Source of the DNA: an uncultured bacterium | GTDB taxonomy: Bacteria > Verrucomicrobiota > Verrucomicrobiia > Verrucomicrobiales > DEV007 | Assembly (NCBI GenBank): GCA_963977015.1 | Contig: CAXBMO010000007.1 | Span: forward strand, 192,001-256,000 | Direction of reading: 5' to 3' | DNA length: 64,000 bases | In this document: positions 54,798 through 63,596 of the stretch, in pieces | Numbering within the stretch: position 1 is the first letter of the stretch | Layout of the letters: every line of letters begins with the position of its first letter | The notes under the pieces: generated by a model | The model's database searches: none | The model's input: only the letters and a program-made list of their open reading frames with translations | Told to the model about the DNA's origin: nothing | Position numbers and translations under genes: made by a program

Positions 54798-57044
54798 ATG
54801 AAATCTTCGATTTCTCTCGTTCTAATCCTCTCCCTGTTTTTGCCGCTCATCCTTCAGGCGGCACCGGCAGAGAAGCGCATCACGGCGAGCGAGAGGCTCG
54901 ACCAATTGGTGTTGGAAAACCTCAAAACTCAGGGCCTGGAGCCAACCCCACCTGCGACCGACGAGATCTTCCTTCGACGGATCTATATGGACGTGATCGG
55001 ACGGGCTCCAACCAAGGCAGAAGCCGTCTCGTTTCTCGAGAATGCGGCCAAAAACAAGCGGGCGGTCCTGATTCGGGATTTGTTGAACTCAGAGGGCTAC
55101 ATCAGCCATAGTTACAACTACTTCGCCGATCTCCTTCGCGCCAAGACCCAGATTTCCGGCGTGGGCAGCAGCAGGACAGCTGGTTACGCTTATGAACGCT
55201 GGATCAAAGACAACCTCCGCGAAAACAAGCCCTACGACGAATTGGTTTACGAGTTGCTGACGGCAAGCGGCCAAAGCTGGAAAAATGGCGCGGTCGGTTA
55301 CTATCTGAGGGACTACGGGATGCCTCTCGACAATCTGGCGATTACCACTCAGGTCTTTTTGGGCAGCCAAATCGTTTGTGCGCAGTGCCACAACCACCCG
55401 TTCGATTCGTGGACCCAAATGGATTACTATCACCTGAGCGCCTTCACGTTCGGGATGATGACGACCAATCAGGCTGAGAATTCGCGAGCGGCACAAGCAC
55501 TCTTCAACCGGCAGGGAAAACCGGACGCGGATGAGCGTCGCGCCTTCAGTCGCGCCATGAGCGAAGTTCTCAAGCCGCTTCGGTTCAACAACGTTTGGGA
55601 GCAGGATCGAAAACTCCGGTTGCCTCACGACTACCAGTACAGCGACGCAGCGCCAAAAGCAGTGGTGCAGCCCGCAGTTCCTTACGGTGAACAGCCAAAG
55701 GTCGAAAAAGGCGAGGTTCCGATTCATCAATTTGCGCAGTGGATGACGTCCCCCGAGAATCCGCGGTTCACGAAGGTGATCGCGAACCGCTTGTGGAAGC
55801 GGGCCATGGGCCTTGGCTTGATAGAGCCGGTGGATGACATGCGCGAGGACACGAACGCGTCCAATCCGGCCCTGATGACCTTTCTCGAACGACGCATGGT
55901 CAATCTCGACTACGACATGAAGCGTTTCCTGCAGATGATTTATCTGAGTGACGCCTATCAGCGGGAATCATCTCCAGCCGAGGTCTCCCTGGGGCAAGCC
56001 TACCATTTTCCGGGTCCCGTTCTGCGTCGATTGAGTGCGGAACAAATTTGGGATTCGCTGGTCGCCATGGTCGTTGAGGATGTCGATAGACCGAGCCAAC
56101 GCGCAGAATTGGTAAGGGAACAGCTGATCACGCGGACGGAGTGGGTCGCCAACGGAGTTTATGATCTGTCGAGCGAGGATTTGATGGAACTGGGCATCGA
56201 AATTGCCGCCAAACAGCAGGAACTGGCCGATCGACTTCAGTCAACTCAGGAGAAAGTGGCACAAGCCAGGGAAGACGAAGACGCCGAGAAGATTCGGGCG
56301 GCGCTCAACGAGGCGGCACTGGTGCGCGGAGAACTCGCCGAAATGATCAGCAACTCGGTCTACCGGAAGGGCCTGCAACAGAAAGCGGAGCTGGTCATGA
56401 ACGACAGCGTCAGCAGTGATGAGTTTTTGGCGGAACTGGCTACCGTCATCACAGACGAAGGACTGATGGAGCCACAATTGCGCGGTGAGAGCCGGAGCAA
56501 CGGTTTTGATGGCGGGCAATACGTCAACGGCTTGGTGGATGCGGTTCTCGCGCCCCAAATCCAAGCGCTGGAACAAGCGGAAGCGGAACAAAGAGATCGA
56601 GAGATGGAGGAATGGGCCGTGGATACAGCCAAGAAGCGGACAGTTTACAAAACGTTCGTCAAAACTCGCCGTTCCTTTGTGCGGGCAAGCGATATCCGCT
56701 CTCCCGCGCCCAACGGGCATTTCCTGCGTGAATTCGGTCAGAGTGATCGTGAATTGGTCGAAAACGCGAATGACCAAGCCTCCATCACCCAGGCTTTGGC
56801 TCTGATGAACGGAACCATTTCAAACGGAATCATGAGCTCGTTCTCCGTCATCACGAGAGATTTGCGGGACGACGCCAACCCAACGGAAAGGCTCGATACC
56901 ATTTACCTGACGATGCTGAGCCGGTTGCCAACCGCGGAAGAGCGAAAGATGCTGTTGCCAATCCTCCGCGCCGAGGGGATTCAAGGTAGCCAACAAGTCA
57001 TCTGGACACTGCTCAACACGCGGCAGTTTCTCTTCCTGCAATAA
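54798..57044 (+). CDS. DUF1549/DUF1553 (PSCyt2/PSD1) protein
   Basis: Signal peptide, FLRRIYMD.IGR.PT, NKPYD, CAQCHNHPFD, NPRF...ANRLW, RRLSAEQ.WDS, FG..DR, QAL.LMNG, LLNTRQF. Confidence 0.9.
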   Translation: MKSSISLVLILSLFLPLILQAAPAEKRITASERLDQLVLENLKTQGLEPTPPATDEIFLRRIYMDVIGRAPTKAEAVSFLENAAKNKRAVLIRDLLNSEGYISHSYNYFADLLRAKTQISGVGSSRTAGYAYERWIKDNLRENKPYDELVYELLTASGQSWKNGAVGYYLRDYGMPLDNLAITTQVFLGSQIVCAQCHNHPFDSWTQMDYYHLSAFTFGMMTTNQAENSRAAQALFNRQGKPDADERRAFSRAMSEVLKPLRFNNVWEQDRKLRLPHDYQYSDAAPKAVVQPAVPYGEQPKVEKGEVPIHQFAQWMTSPENPRFTKVIANRLWKRAMGLGLIEPVDDMREDTNASNPALMTFLERRMVNLDYDMKRFLQMIYLSDAYQRESSPAEVSLGQAYHFPGPVLRRLSAEQIWDSLVAMVVEDVDRPSQRAELVREQLITRTEWVANGVYDLSSEDLMELGIEIAAKQQELADRLQSTQEKVAQAREDEDAEKIRAALNEAALVRGELAEMISNSVYRKGLQQKAELVMNDSVSSDEFLAELATVITDEGLMEPQLRGESRSNGFDGGQYVNGLVDAVLAPQIQALEQAEAEQRDREMEEWAVDTAKKRTVYKTFVKTRRSFVRASDIRSPAPNGHFLREFGQSDRELVENANDQASITQALALMNGTISNGIMSSFSVITRDLRDDANPTERLDTIYLTMLSRLPTAEERKMLLPILRAEGIQGSQQVIWTLLNTRQFLFLQ

Positions 57045-57050
57045 ACCGGC

Positions 57051-57680
57051 TTAAACCGTCAGCGCAGCCGCCGTCGACTCCAGGAAATTCCCGAGAATCT
57101 GGAGCCCAAGTTTCTGGCTTTTTTCGGGGTGGAATTGGGTTGCGACCACGTTTCCTTTGCGAATGCTTGAGGCAAACTGGAGCCCGTAATCCGCCGTCGA
57201 GGCCACAATTTCGGATTCATCCGGTTTCGGATAAAACGAGTGCACAAAATAAACGTGCGGATGAGGGGGAAGCCCCTTCCAGAGCGGATCGGCAGGATCC
57301 ACCGGCTGAATCTCGTTCCAGCCCATGTGCGGCACCTTTAAATCCGACTTCGGGAAGCGGACGACGCTCCCGCCAAGCACGCCAAGCCCATCAACGCCGG
57401 GTGACTCCTCGCTCGATTCGAACAAAATTTGATATCCCAGGCAAATTCCAAGGTAGGGCTTCCCTTCCTTTACCCACGCCCGAATCGGTTCCCACAGTTC
57501 CTGTTTTTGAAGGTTTTCGACACAATCGCCGAAGGCGCCGACACCAGGCAATATCAGCGTATCAACCGCCTCCAACTCGGATGGTTGATGGACGATTTGA
57601 GCCGCGAAGTTAAGGGTCTCGACAGCTTTGTGAACGCTGCGCAAGTTTCCAGCTCCGTAATCAATGATGCCTGTTTTCAC
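57051..57680 (-). CDS. hisH: Imidazole glycerol phosphate synthase, glutamine amidotransferase subunit
   Basis: IIDYGAGNL, ILPGVGAF, LGICLGYQ, VPHMGWN, YFVHSF, QFHPEKS. Confidence 0.97.
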   Translation of the reverse strand: MKTGIIDYGAGNLRSVHKAVETLNFAAQIVHQPSELEAVDTLILPGVGAFGDCVENLQKQELWEPIRAWVKEGKPYLGICLGYQILFESSEESPGVDGLGVLGGSVVRFPKSDLKVPHMGWNEIQPVDPADPLWKGLPPHPHVYFVHSFYPKPDESEIVASTADYGLQFASSIRKGNVVATQFHPEKSQKLGLQILGNFLESTAAALTV

Positions 57681-57687
57681 GAGGCGC

Positions 57688-59148
57688 CTAGCTTATCACC
57701 TCTTGCCAACCCTTCACGAAAAACTTTTCTTCGAGCGAGTCCCACAATTCCCCGATCTGCTCGCGGGAGCTACTCACCCGAATTTCGCGCTGAAGCGGAA
57801 CTTTGCGATTGGGACTGTAATCAGTCAGATGAACCACATAGGCTGGAAACGGCGAATTTTCGCCCTCCTTATTGGTCTTCCACATCAAGAGCTTGCGAAC
57901 CATGGTGGCCCCTTTGAGCGTTTTCGTGGCCACCTTTCGGCGAAGCAGATCACTGGACGGCAGTTCCAATTCCCTGGCACTTTTGTCGGCCAACGAAATC
58001 TCCACCAGATCGGTCAGTTGCTTGATCGCGATGTCGTTGGGATGAATCTTCTTGTCGTCCCGAAATCGGATGAACTGCGGTGAGATCACGCTGACCAATG
58101 GCAAGCGGCGCACCGTTTCCCAAGTCTTTTTCTCCGCGTTCCAATTCAAAACCATCCGGTCAATCGTTCCTCCTCGAGTCGTTTGTGATACGAGATCGAG
58201 ACAGGAAATCTCCGCGACCATCGTTGGCTCAACCATCTGGTAGGCCACGCGATCGGAATTCACTTCGGCATACTCGCTGGAAACCACCAGGTCGCTGAGA
58301 TCGGAGAGAAAATCACTTCTTTCCTGGTCCGCAAACCCGCCTCCCACCCGGCCCAAAATCTGAAATGAGCCATCGCCACGCATGATCGCCAGAAGGAGGT
58401 CGTGAATCATCCCCGATCGATCGCCGGTTCCTTCCGCAAATCCGATCACTGCGACATCCAACGTATGGCGCGGCTTGATCTTAAAGAAACCCGCATTGTC
58501 ACTTCGCACGACAACCCCTTCCCCACCCTCCTTTTCAACCCACTGCTCAAACTGCTTCCGAACCGATTTTTCACTCCCCTGAACCGTTTCGACCGGATGA
58601 ATCTTGCGGCCCGTTCCAAACACCGCCTCGATCTTTTCCCACTTCTCAGCATAGGAACCTGCGACCGCCTCGTCGCCCAATTCGATAATGTCGAAGACGG
58701 CAAACTGGAGGGAATCGACTTCCTGTTGATTCCCTGGTTTTCGAGCCACCTTCACGACATCGTGAACTCGAGGGCGCTGATCGTCACTACGATTGACATA
58801 AAGCTCCCCGGCAATCATCGCGCTCTCGATCCCGGCGTTCTGTAGAAGGTTGGTGGCCTCTTCCAGGAAGGGCGCTCCATGGCGAATGGTGCCACCGGGA
58901 TTTAAGGCGATCGCATCTCCGTCCTTCAGAATCACCACGGAAAACTCCCCATCGATTTTGCGGCTGATATGATAGTGATTCGCGATGACATGCTTGGAAA
59001 TGCCTGTCTTATCCAGCGCCATCATCTGAGCACCGATCTGCCGGCGGAATGCCTGAACCCGAGTCAGCATTGCCGATTGATGGAGTGCCGTTCCCGGAGC
59101 GACGCCATACTTGCCGAACTTTATATTGAGACGAGCCTGCTCAAACAT
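57688..59148 (-). CDS. ATP-dependent DNA ligase with a C-terminal WGR-like domain
   Basis: Ligase motifs I SRKIDGE, III AGELY, IIIa FAVFDI, IV EGVVVR, V FKIKP..TLDVAVIG, OB-fold RVGGGF and VAEI, VI PQFIRFRDDK. The C-terminal ~75 aa end in ...IRVSSSREQIGELWDSLEEKFFVKGW. Confidence 0.85.
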   Translation of the reverse strand: MFEQARLNIKFGKYGVAPGTALHQSAMLTRVQAFRRQIGAQMMALDKTGISKHVIANHYHISRKIDGEFSVVILKDGDAIALNPGGTIRHGAPFLEEATNLLQNAGIESAMIAGELYVNRSDDQRPRVHDVVKVARKPGNQQEVDSLQFAVFDIIELGDEAVAGSYAEKWEKIEAVFGTGRKIHPVETVQGSEKSVRKQFEQWVEKEGGEGVVVRSDNAGFFKIKPRHTLDVAVIGFAEGTGDRSGMIHDLLLAIMRGDGSFQILGRVGGGFADQERSDFLSDLSDLVVSSEYAEVNSDRVAYQMVEPTMVAEISCLDLVSQTTRGGTIDRMVLNWNAEKKTWETVRRLPLVSVISPQFIRFRDDKKIHPNDIAIKQLTDLVEISLADKSARELELPSSDLLRRKVATKTLKGATMVRKLLMWKTNKEGENSPFPAYVVHLTDYSPNRKVPLQREIRVSSSREQIGELWDSLEEKFFVKGWQEVIS

Positions 59149-59150
59149 CT

Positions 59151-60017
59151 CTATTTCCCTCCCTTCACATTCTTCTTCGCCGACTTCTTCTTGGAAGTCT
59201 TCTTTGTCGTCTTCTTCGCCAGAGCCTTTTTCTTGGCAGCCGCCGTCTTCTTGCTTGCAACCTTCTCGACCGGTTCAGCTTTAGCTTCTTCCTCTTTTGG
59301 CTCGCCTTTCTCAGCAGGTTCAGGCCGCTTCAGTTCCATATTCGTCAGGTGAAGAATCAGCGCATATTTCTTACCATCCGTTCGTCCCTCGAGAAACCCG
59401 AAGTATTCCACCCCACCCCGGCGAAACAAGAGTTTGTCAACGCCCTTGGCCCCTCCCCCAACCCGCATCAGGCATTCCTCGTCTTCCAACTCTTTGGCCA
59501 TGTCATAGAGGAAGTCATAGGTCAGACCGTTAACGTGGATGATCTGCACCTTTGATCCAAAAATGAATTGGTTATAGATCTGCGATTTCTTGAACTTTTT
59601 GCCGGTCCATTTGATCGGCGTTTCTGTCGCGACATTGGGCTCAACAACCGTTTTCTCCCTGCGTCCTTTGACATTCCCCTCCGGATCATAGACAACCTCC
59701 TCAAGGGTTACCTTATGTACAATGTTGGAATCGGGATCGATATACACACGAGAGGTATCTTCCAGAAACTGTCCGAACATCTCAAGATCCACTTCCGGAT
59801 CGCCATCCTGAAAGGCTTGCGCGATTTCTTCCGGATCATCTCCATACTTCTGCTCGAGCGCTCCCAGATCATGAGGGACGGTTGATCGCAGAATCTTGAA
59901 CGAACCGGCTTGCGCCCCGGCGTCATCAACCCAGCGCACGTGAAAAGAGGTTGCCACGCTCTCCGCCGCAACCAATGCGTCCCGTCCTTTGCTGTCTGAT
60001 AGATTGATTTCCGCCAT
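59151..60017 (-). CDS. Hypothetical protein, putative divergent Ku-like subunit with a basic Lys/Ala-rich tail
   Basis: FIFGSKVQI...YDFLYDMAKEL...LLFRRGG..YFGFL...YALILHL..MELK follows the order of the Ku core C-terminal half. Tail KKTAAAKKKALAKKTTKK. Confidence 0.55.
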   Translation of the reverse strand: MAEINLSDSKGRDALVAAESVATSFHVRWVDDAGAQAGSFKILRSTVPHDLGALEQKYGDDPEEIAQAFQDGDPEVDLEMFGQFLEDTSRVYIDPDSNIVHKVTLEEVVYDPEGNVKGRREKTVVEPNVATETPIKWTGKKFKKSQIYNQFIFGSKVQIIHVNGLTYDFLYDMAKELEDEECLMRVGGGAKGVDKLLFRRGGVEYFGFLEGRTDGKKYALILHLTNMELKRPEPAEKGEPKEEEAKAEPVEKVASKKTAAAKKKALAKKTTKKTSKKKSAKKNVKGGK

Positions 60018-60023
60018 TTCTCG

Positions 60024-60647
60024 TTAGAATCCAAAATCCATGTCTTCTCCGTCAGCCTCATCACCCTCTTCGTCTTCTGAAATCAGCCCACGAGTTTCCT
60101 CCTGCCCGACAAAATGAATTTCGGCCTTTTTTCCGACCGTCATCCATACCACTTCATCAGCGCCCATCAGCATGAATCCGGAATCTGGATCCAATCCCCC
60201 GCGATAGCTGAACGGAAACTTGTAAATAACACCGCTTTTCAGTTCCCCCAGTAGTTCCGAAGGAAATTCGTTTTCCCCAGCGAGGCTCAACTCATAGATC
60301 AGACGAATGTTGTGCGATAGATACTCTTCAAACGATGCTTTTTCGGAGAGTTGCGTTGAGAGCTTAAACGTGGAGGAAACTGGCGTAATTTCTTCCCCGT
60401 CCAAATCTACAGCTCTGAGCGCTCCTTTGTCTCTCCATTCTCCATCGGGCGATAGATAGGCCAGGGCGGTTCCTCCCATGGGAATCAACGTCTTGCCATC
60501 ACCGGCAAGGCTGCCTAACTCGCAAGGCCGGCCGGATTCGTCCACAGCCTCAACTTTGACCGTTCCATAGAGCTTGGTTCGGTCTACTTTTGACACCGAA
60601 CAGGAAAACTCTTTGGATCCAAATTGAAACTGCAATGCCTGGGCCAT
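60024..60647 (-). CDS. Hypothetical protein, putative divergent Ku-like subunit with an acidic tail
   Basis: LQFQFG..FSCSV.K, D.SGRP...DG...I...ALAY.SPDGEW, IYEL...LLGELK...FSYRGG...GFML...VWM follow the Ku core order. Tail EDEEGDEADGEDMDFGF. Confidence 0.55.
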   Translation of the reverse strand: MAQALQFQFGSKEFSCSVSKVDRTKLYGTVKVEAVDESGRPCELGSLAGDGKTLIPMGGTALAYLSPDGEWRDKGALRAVDLDGEEITPVSSTFKLSTQLSEKASFEEYLSHNIRLIYELSLAGENEFPSELLGELKSGVIYKFPFSYRGGLDPDSGFMLMGADEVVWMTVGKKAEIHFVGQEETRGLISEDEEGDEADGEDMDFGF

Positions 60648-60728
60648 TGTAATCTACGATATAGTACGCTTTCTATACCGCCTTCTCTTTTTATGGTCTT
60701 TACAAATTCAACGAGACGATGAGAAGAC

Positions 60729-62132
60729 CTATTGATGAAGTTCATCCATCATCTCGATGAGATTTCGAACAACGATTTCGGCAGAATCTTTCTCAACCTT
60801 GTTCGTCGCGAGCCAGGTTTCATAGCCGCCAAAGGCATGTTGAAGACGGGAAGGTAGATAGCCAAAACCGCCGTTGGCGAGTTCGATGACAAACGTGTTT
60901 TCAAATGGGCTGCTTGACTTTAATTCCAAACCAATCTCAACCAGCACTTCAAAGGGAATCGCGCAGATTGCCAAATCTCCAATCCGGACCGCTTGAAGCA
61001 GGATCTTGGTTTCCTCGCCCAGTTCCGCCTGAGCCAAAACCCGCTCTGCATAGATTTTGGCTAACCGTGGAACCGATTTCTCATCCACCTTCGACCTTTC
61101 GAGATAACCCTTCGACCTCTCAATCTCTTCCCTGGTCGGAACTCGCAGATTTAACGTGACCTCCCGCTCCAGCATTCCAAGCTTTCGCGGAGCCTGGTCC
61201 GTTCTCCGATCCGCCGCATACGCTGAATCGGCAACCTTGTTCGCCACCACCCGAATCTGCTCGAAAGGCTCGCGGGAAGGACGTGGATTGCGAAAATTGA
61301 TGTTGTTGATATCACCGCTGGTTCCATTGGAAAGCATGCCGACGAATTTCGATTCCGGCCTTTGTCGAAGTCGAACACCAATCAACCGAGCAAACTCGCC
61401 AAAGTAGTCCGCCGAAACCATCCCGCCAGTGTTTCCAACATAATGAAGCGGATAATTGGCCAACAATCCGATGGGCTTCCCCTTGGCATCTCGCAGCGAA
61501 AGAATTGAGACGTCCGGATCGATCGGTCCCGCCGGATGTAGGAGATTCGGGCCTCTGCCTGGATTCATCTTCGCCAAATCGGTGGTCTCTCCAAACGGAT
61601 TCTCCGGCATCGTTCCAGCTTTCAAAAACCATCGCCGATTGAAGACCTCGTCAGGAAGCTCTTCCACGGAATAACCAGCGGTAGCGGGCTCCAACCTGGA
61701 ATTTGCCTGAATGATCGCATCCGCGATCCCTTGAATGAGCAGCTTTTGGTAGGCCAGTTCCTGATCGGTTCCGTTGCTTGCATTGGCAAACGGCGCCGAG
61801 TGCGTATGCGTCGAAGCGACCAGCATGTGGCTCGCGGGAATCCCGGTTTTCGCCGACGCAATCTCCTTCGCCTGATCCAACTCAGGACGATGGACCATGC
61901 AACTGTCGACGATTGCAATGGCGACGGTGATTTCTGATCGCATCACCAATGCCCGAACCGTCAGTGGATCATGCGCTTCCTCGGCCAACTTGGGAGAAAA
62001 GCTTCCCCGAAGATGGAGCGGCCATTCCTTGGGCGTGATATCGACCAACGAAGATCCCGCCTCAAACTCTGGTTCCGCCCAAAGGGGCAGGACACCCATC
62101 CAAATCCAAACACTGCGCAGTAGCCATTTCAT
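60729..62132 (-). CDS. Neutral/alkaline ceramidase N-terminal-domain family protein (PVC-expanded hydrolase)
   Basis: VDITP, HDPL..RALV, ASTHTHSAP, NRRW, GPIDP, NYPLHY, SADYFG, NGTSGDIN, PFEV..E.G, LANG..GYLP, GGYE. Confidence 0.8.
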   Translation of the reverse strand: MKWLLRSVWIWMGVLPLWAEPEFEAGSSLVDITPKEWPLHLRGSFSPKLAEEAHDPLTVRALVMRSEITVAIAIVDSCMVHRPELDQAKEIASAKTGIPASHMLVASTHTHSAPFANASNGTDQELAYQKLLIQGIADAIIQANSRLEPATAGYSVEELPDEVFNRRWFLKAGTMPENPFGETTDLAKMNPGRGPNLLHPAGPIDPDVSILSLRDAKGKPIGLLANYPLHYVGNTGGMVSADYFGEFARLIGVRLRQRPESKFVGMLSNGTSGDINNINFRNPRPSREPFEQIRVVANKVADSAYAADRRTDQAPRKLGMLEREVTLNLRVPTREEIERSKGYLERSKVDEKSVPRLAKIYAERVLAQAELGEETKILLQAVRIGDLAICAIPFEVLVEIGLELKSSSPFENTFVIELANGGFGYLPSRLQHAFGGYETWLATNKVEKDSAEIVVRNLIEMMDELHQ

Positions 62133-62211
62133 GAAGGAAGCCTGACAAATCCGCGGATCTTTGTCAGTCCCGAAAACCCAATTTGCCCAAAATCCCCCCC
62201 CTTGAACAGAG

Positions 62212-62243
62212 AAAGGCGGAGCGAAATGAATCGCCCCGCCTTT
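62212..62243 (-). terminator. Rho-independent terminator of the porin gene
   Basis: Minus strand AAAGGCGGGGCGA-ttcatt-TCGCTCCGCCTTT, then CTCTGTT, 30 bp after the porin stop. Confidence 0.7.
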
Positions 62244-62272
62244 GCTAACTAAACTAACAGAAATGGATTCGC

Positions 62273-63409
62273 TTAGAAATACATGCGGATACCAGTCATG
62301 TAGCTCCAGTAATCGTTGTCATCCTGTCCCTCGAGGGAGGACCATTCGATACCGTTCATGAGCTTCAGCTTGTCACCACAGATGTAGTAGTTAAGACCAA
62401 GGTAGAGAGCATGATACTCGTCACCTTCAAGGCTGCCGGCAGCAGCGCGCTCATAGCGGCTTTGCACATTCAAACCATCGGCGTCATCAGCTGAGGAGAA
62501 TGTGTAGCGAAAGACGGCTTCCAAACGATCGGAGAGATCATAGTATGGCATGAGCACCAATCCCCAGACGTCGCCATCCTCAGAAGGAAGTGCATCGCCA
62601 TAGATGAGGTCAGTCACCAGATGAAAACGATCCCAATCACTCTTGGTGTTCAAAGAGAACAGGTTTTCGTAATTTGCGAAGGCGTTGTTTCCTGCTTCCC
62701 CGTCGTTGTAGAGGTAATCGAACCGAACTTCGGTCGCTTCCGTGATGTCGCGGCCGATGCGGGCATAAACAGCGCCACCAGCATCAAAATCAGGCAATGC
62801 CCAATCGTCGGTCGTTGCTCCGGCAAACCCACCGATATCGATGGTGAATCCAGCGAGATCGTTCAGGGTCAGCACGACACCACCAGCTTTGTCGGGGGTG
62901 GTTTGGTTCACGAGCTGTGAACGCTCGATCGTTTTGATTCGCTTCGAGGAAGTCGAATATTCACGAGTGATTCCTGGCTTTTGCTTACCAACAGTGAGCG
63001 AGAACGCATCGTTTGGCTCCCAAGTAATGAAGAGCGTGTCAACATCCTCAAAAAGACGACCCGACTCATCAAAGTCACGCTTGAGGTTGAACTGACCTTC
63101 GAATTCAAAGTTGTTGAGGAACTCAGCAGCAACCCCGAAACGGAAACGACGGTTTTCCCAATCGCTATCATCACCAAGATCAGACTCGGTGTCGTGGTAT
63201 TGACCTTGGTAGCGGCCAATCAGGGCAATTTCCTGGAAGAACCCGCCTTCGCCCTCATAGAGCGTGGCCAGATCTAGAACATCGTAGTAGTGATCGCAGA
63301 ACGTTTTGGGATCCTCGATGAGGACCTCTTTTCCAGGCCCGGCAAGAACCGAAGCTGAAAAAGCAAAACTCACTGCCGCCACTAGAGCGAGTGAATAAGT
63401 GGATTTCAT
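62273..63409 (-). CDS. Outer-membrane porin, OprO/OprP phosphate-selective family-like
   Basis: Signal peptide from MKSTYSLA, WENRRFRFG, VGKQKP, SSKRIKTIERS, amphipathic beta strands, YLGLNYY, terminal Phe (IRMYF). Confidence 0.8.
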   Translation of the reverse strand: MKSTYSLALVAAVSFAFSASVLAGPGKEVLIEDPKTFCDHYYDVLDLATLYEGEGGFFQEIALIGRYQGQYHDTESDLGDDSDWENRRFRFGVAAEFLNNFEFEGQFNLKRDFDESGRLFEDVDTLFITWEPNDAFSLTVGKQKPGITREYSTSSKRIKTIERSQLVNQTTPDKAGGVVLTLNDLAGFTIDIGGFAGATTDDWALPDFDAGGAVYARIGRDITEATEVRFDYLYNDGEAGNNAFANYENLFSLNTKSDWDRFHLVTDLIYGDALPSEDGDVWGLVLMPYYDLSDRLEAVFRYTFSSADDADGLNVQSRYERAAAGSLEGDEYHALYLGLNYYICGDKLKLMNGIEWSSLEGQDDNDYWSYMTGIRMYF

Positions 63410-63531
63410 TTGTATATGCGTAGTGTTTGAACTGTGTTGTCGATATTCCTCCAAAATTGATATTTTGGAAAAAGTATCAATACGGATTACCTAAATATCA
63501 GTTCAACAAAAATAAAGCTCTTTTTACCCCT

Positions 63532-63550
63532 GTTAGTAAATTGTCACATT
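63532..63550 (-). promoter_or_regulatory. Candidate Pho-box-like site upstream of the porin
   Basis: Minus strand AATGTGACAAT-TTAC-TAAC, identical at 15 of 19 positions to the site upstream of phoU. Confidence 0.45.
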
Positions 63551-63596
63551 CGAACCGGGATACTTCGCCCGGACACCTCCAATCCGACTTCCCCAG

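Noticed and set aside
57051-57680. hisH as a functional part of the Ku-like/ligase system
   Set aside because: It is an ordinary HisH. The 7-bp gap suggests co-transcription only, and scattered his genes are unremarkable.
62142-62167. CTGACAAA...TTTGTCAG inverted repeat as a mobile-element end
   Set aside because: It is a single short hairpin with no transposase, second copy or target duplication; at most a local regulatory hairpin.
63545-63580. GGTTCGA on the minus strand as a tRNA T-loop
   Set aside because: There is no matching T-stem, acceptor stem or cloverleaf.
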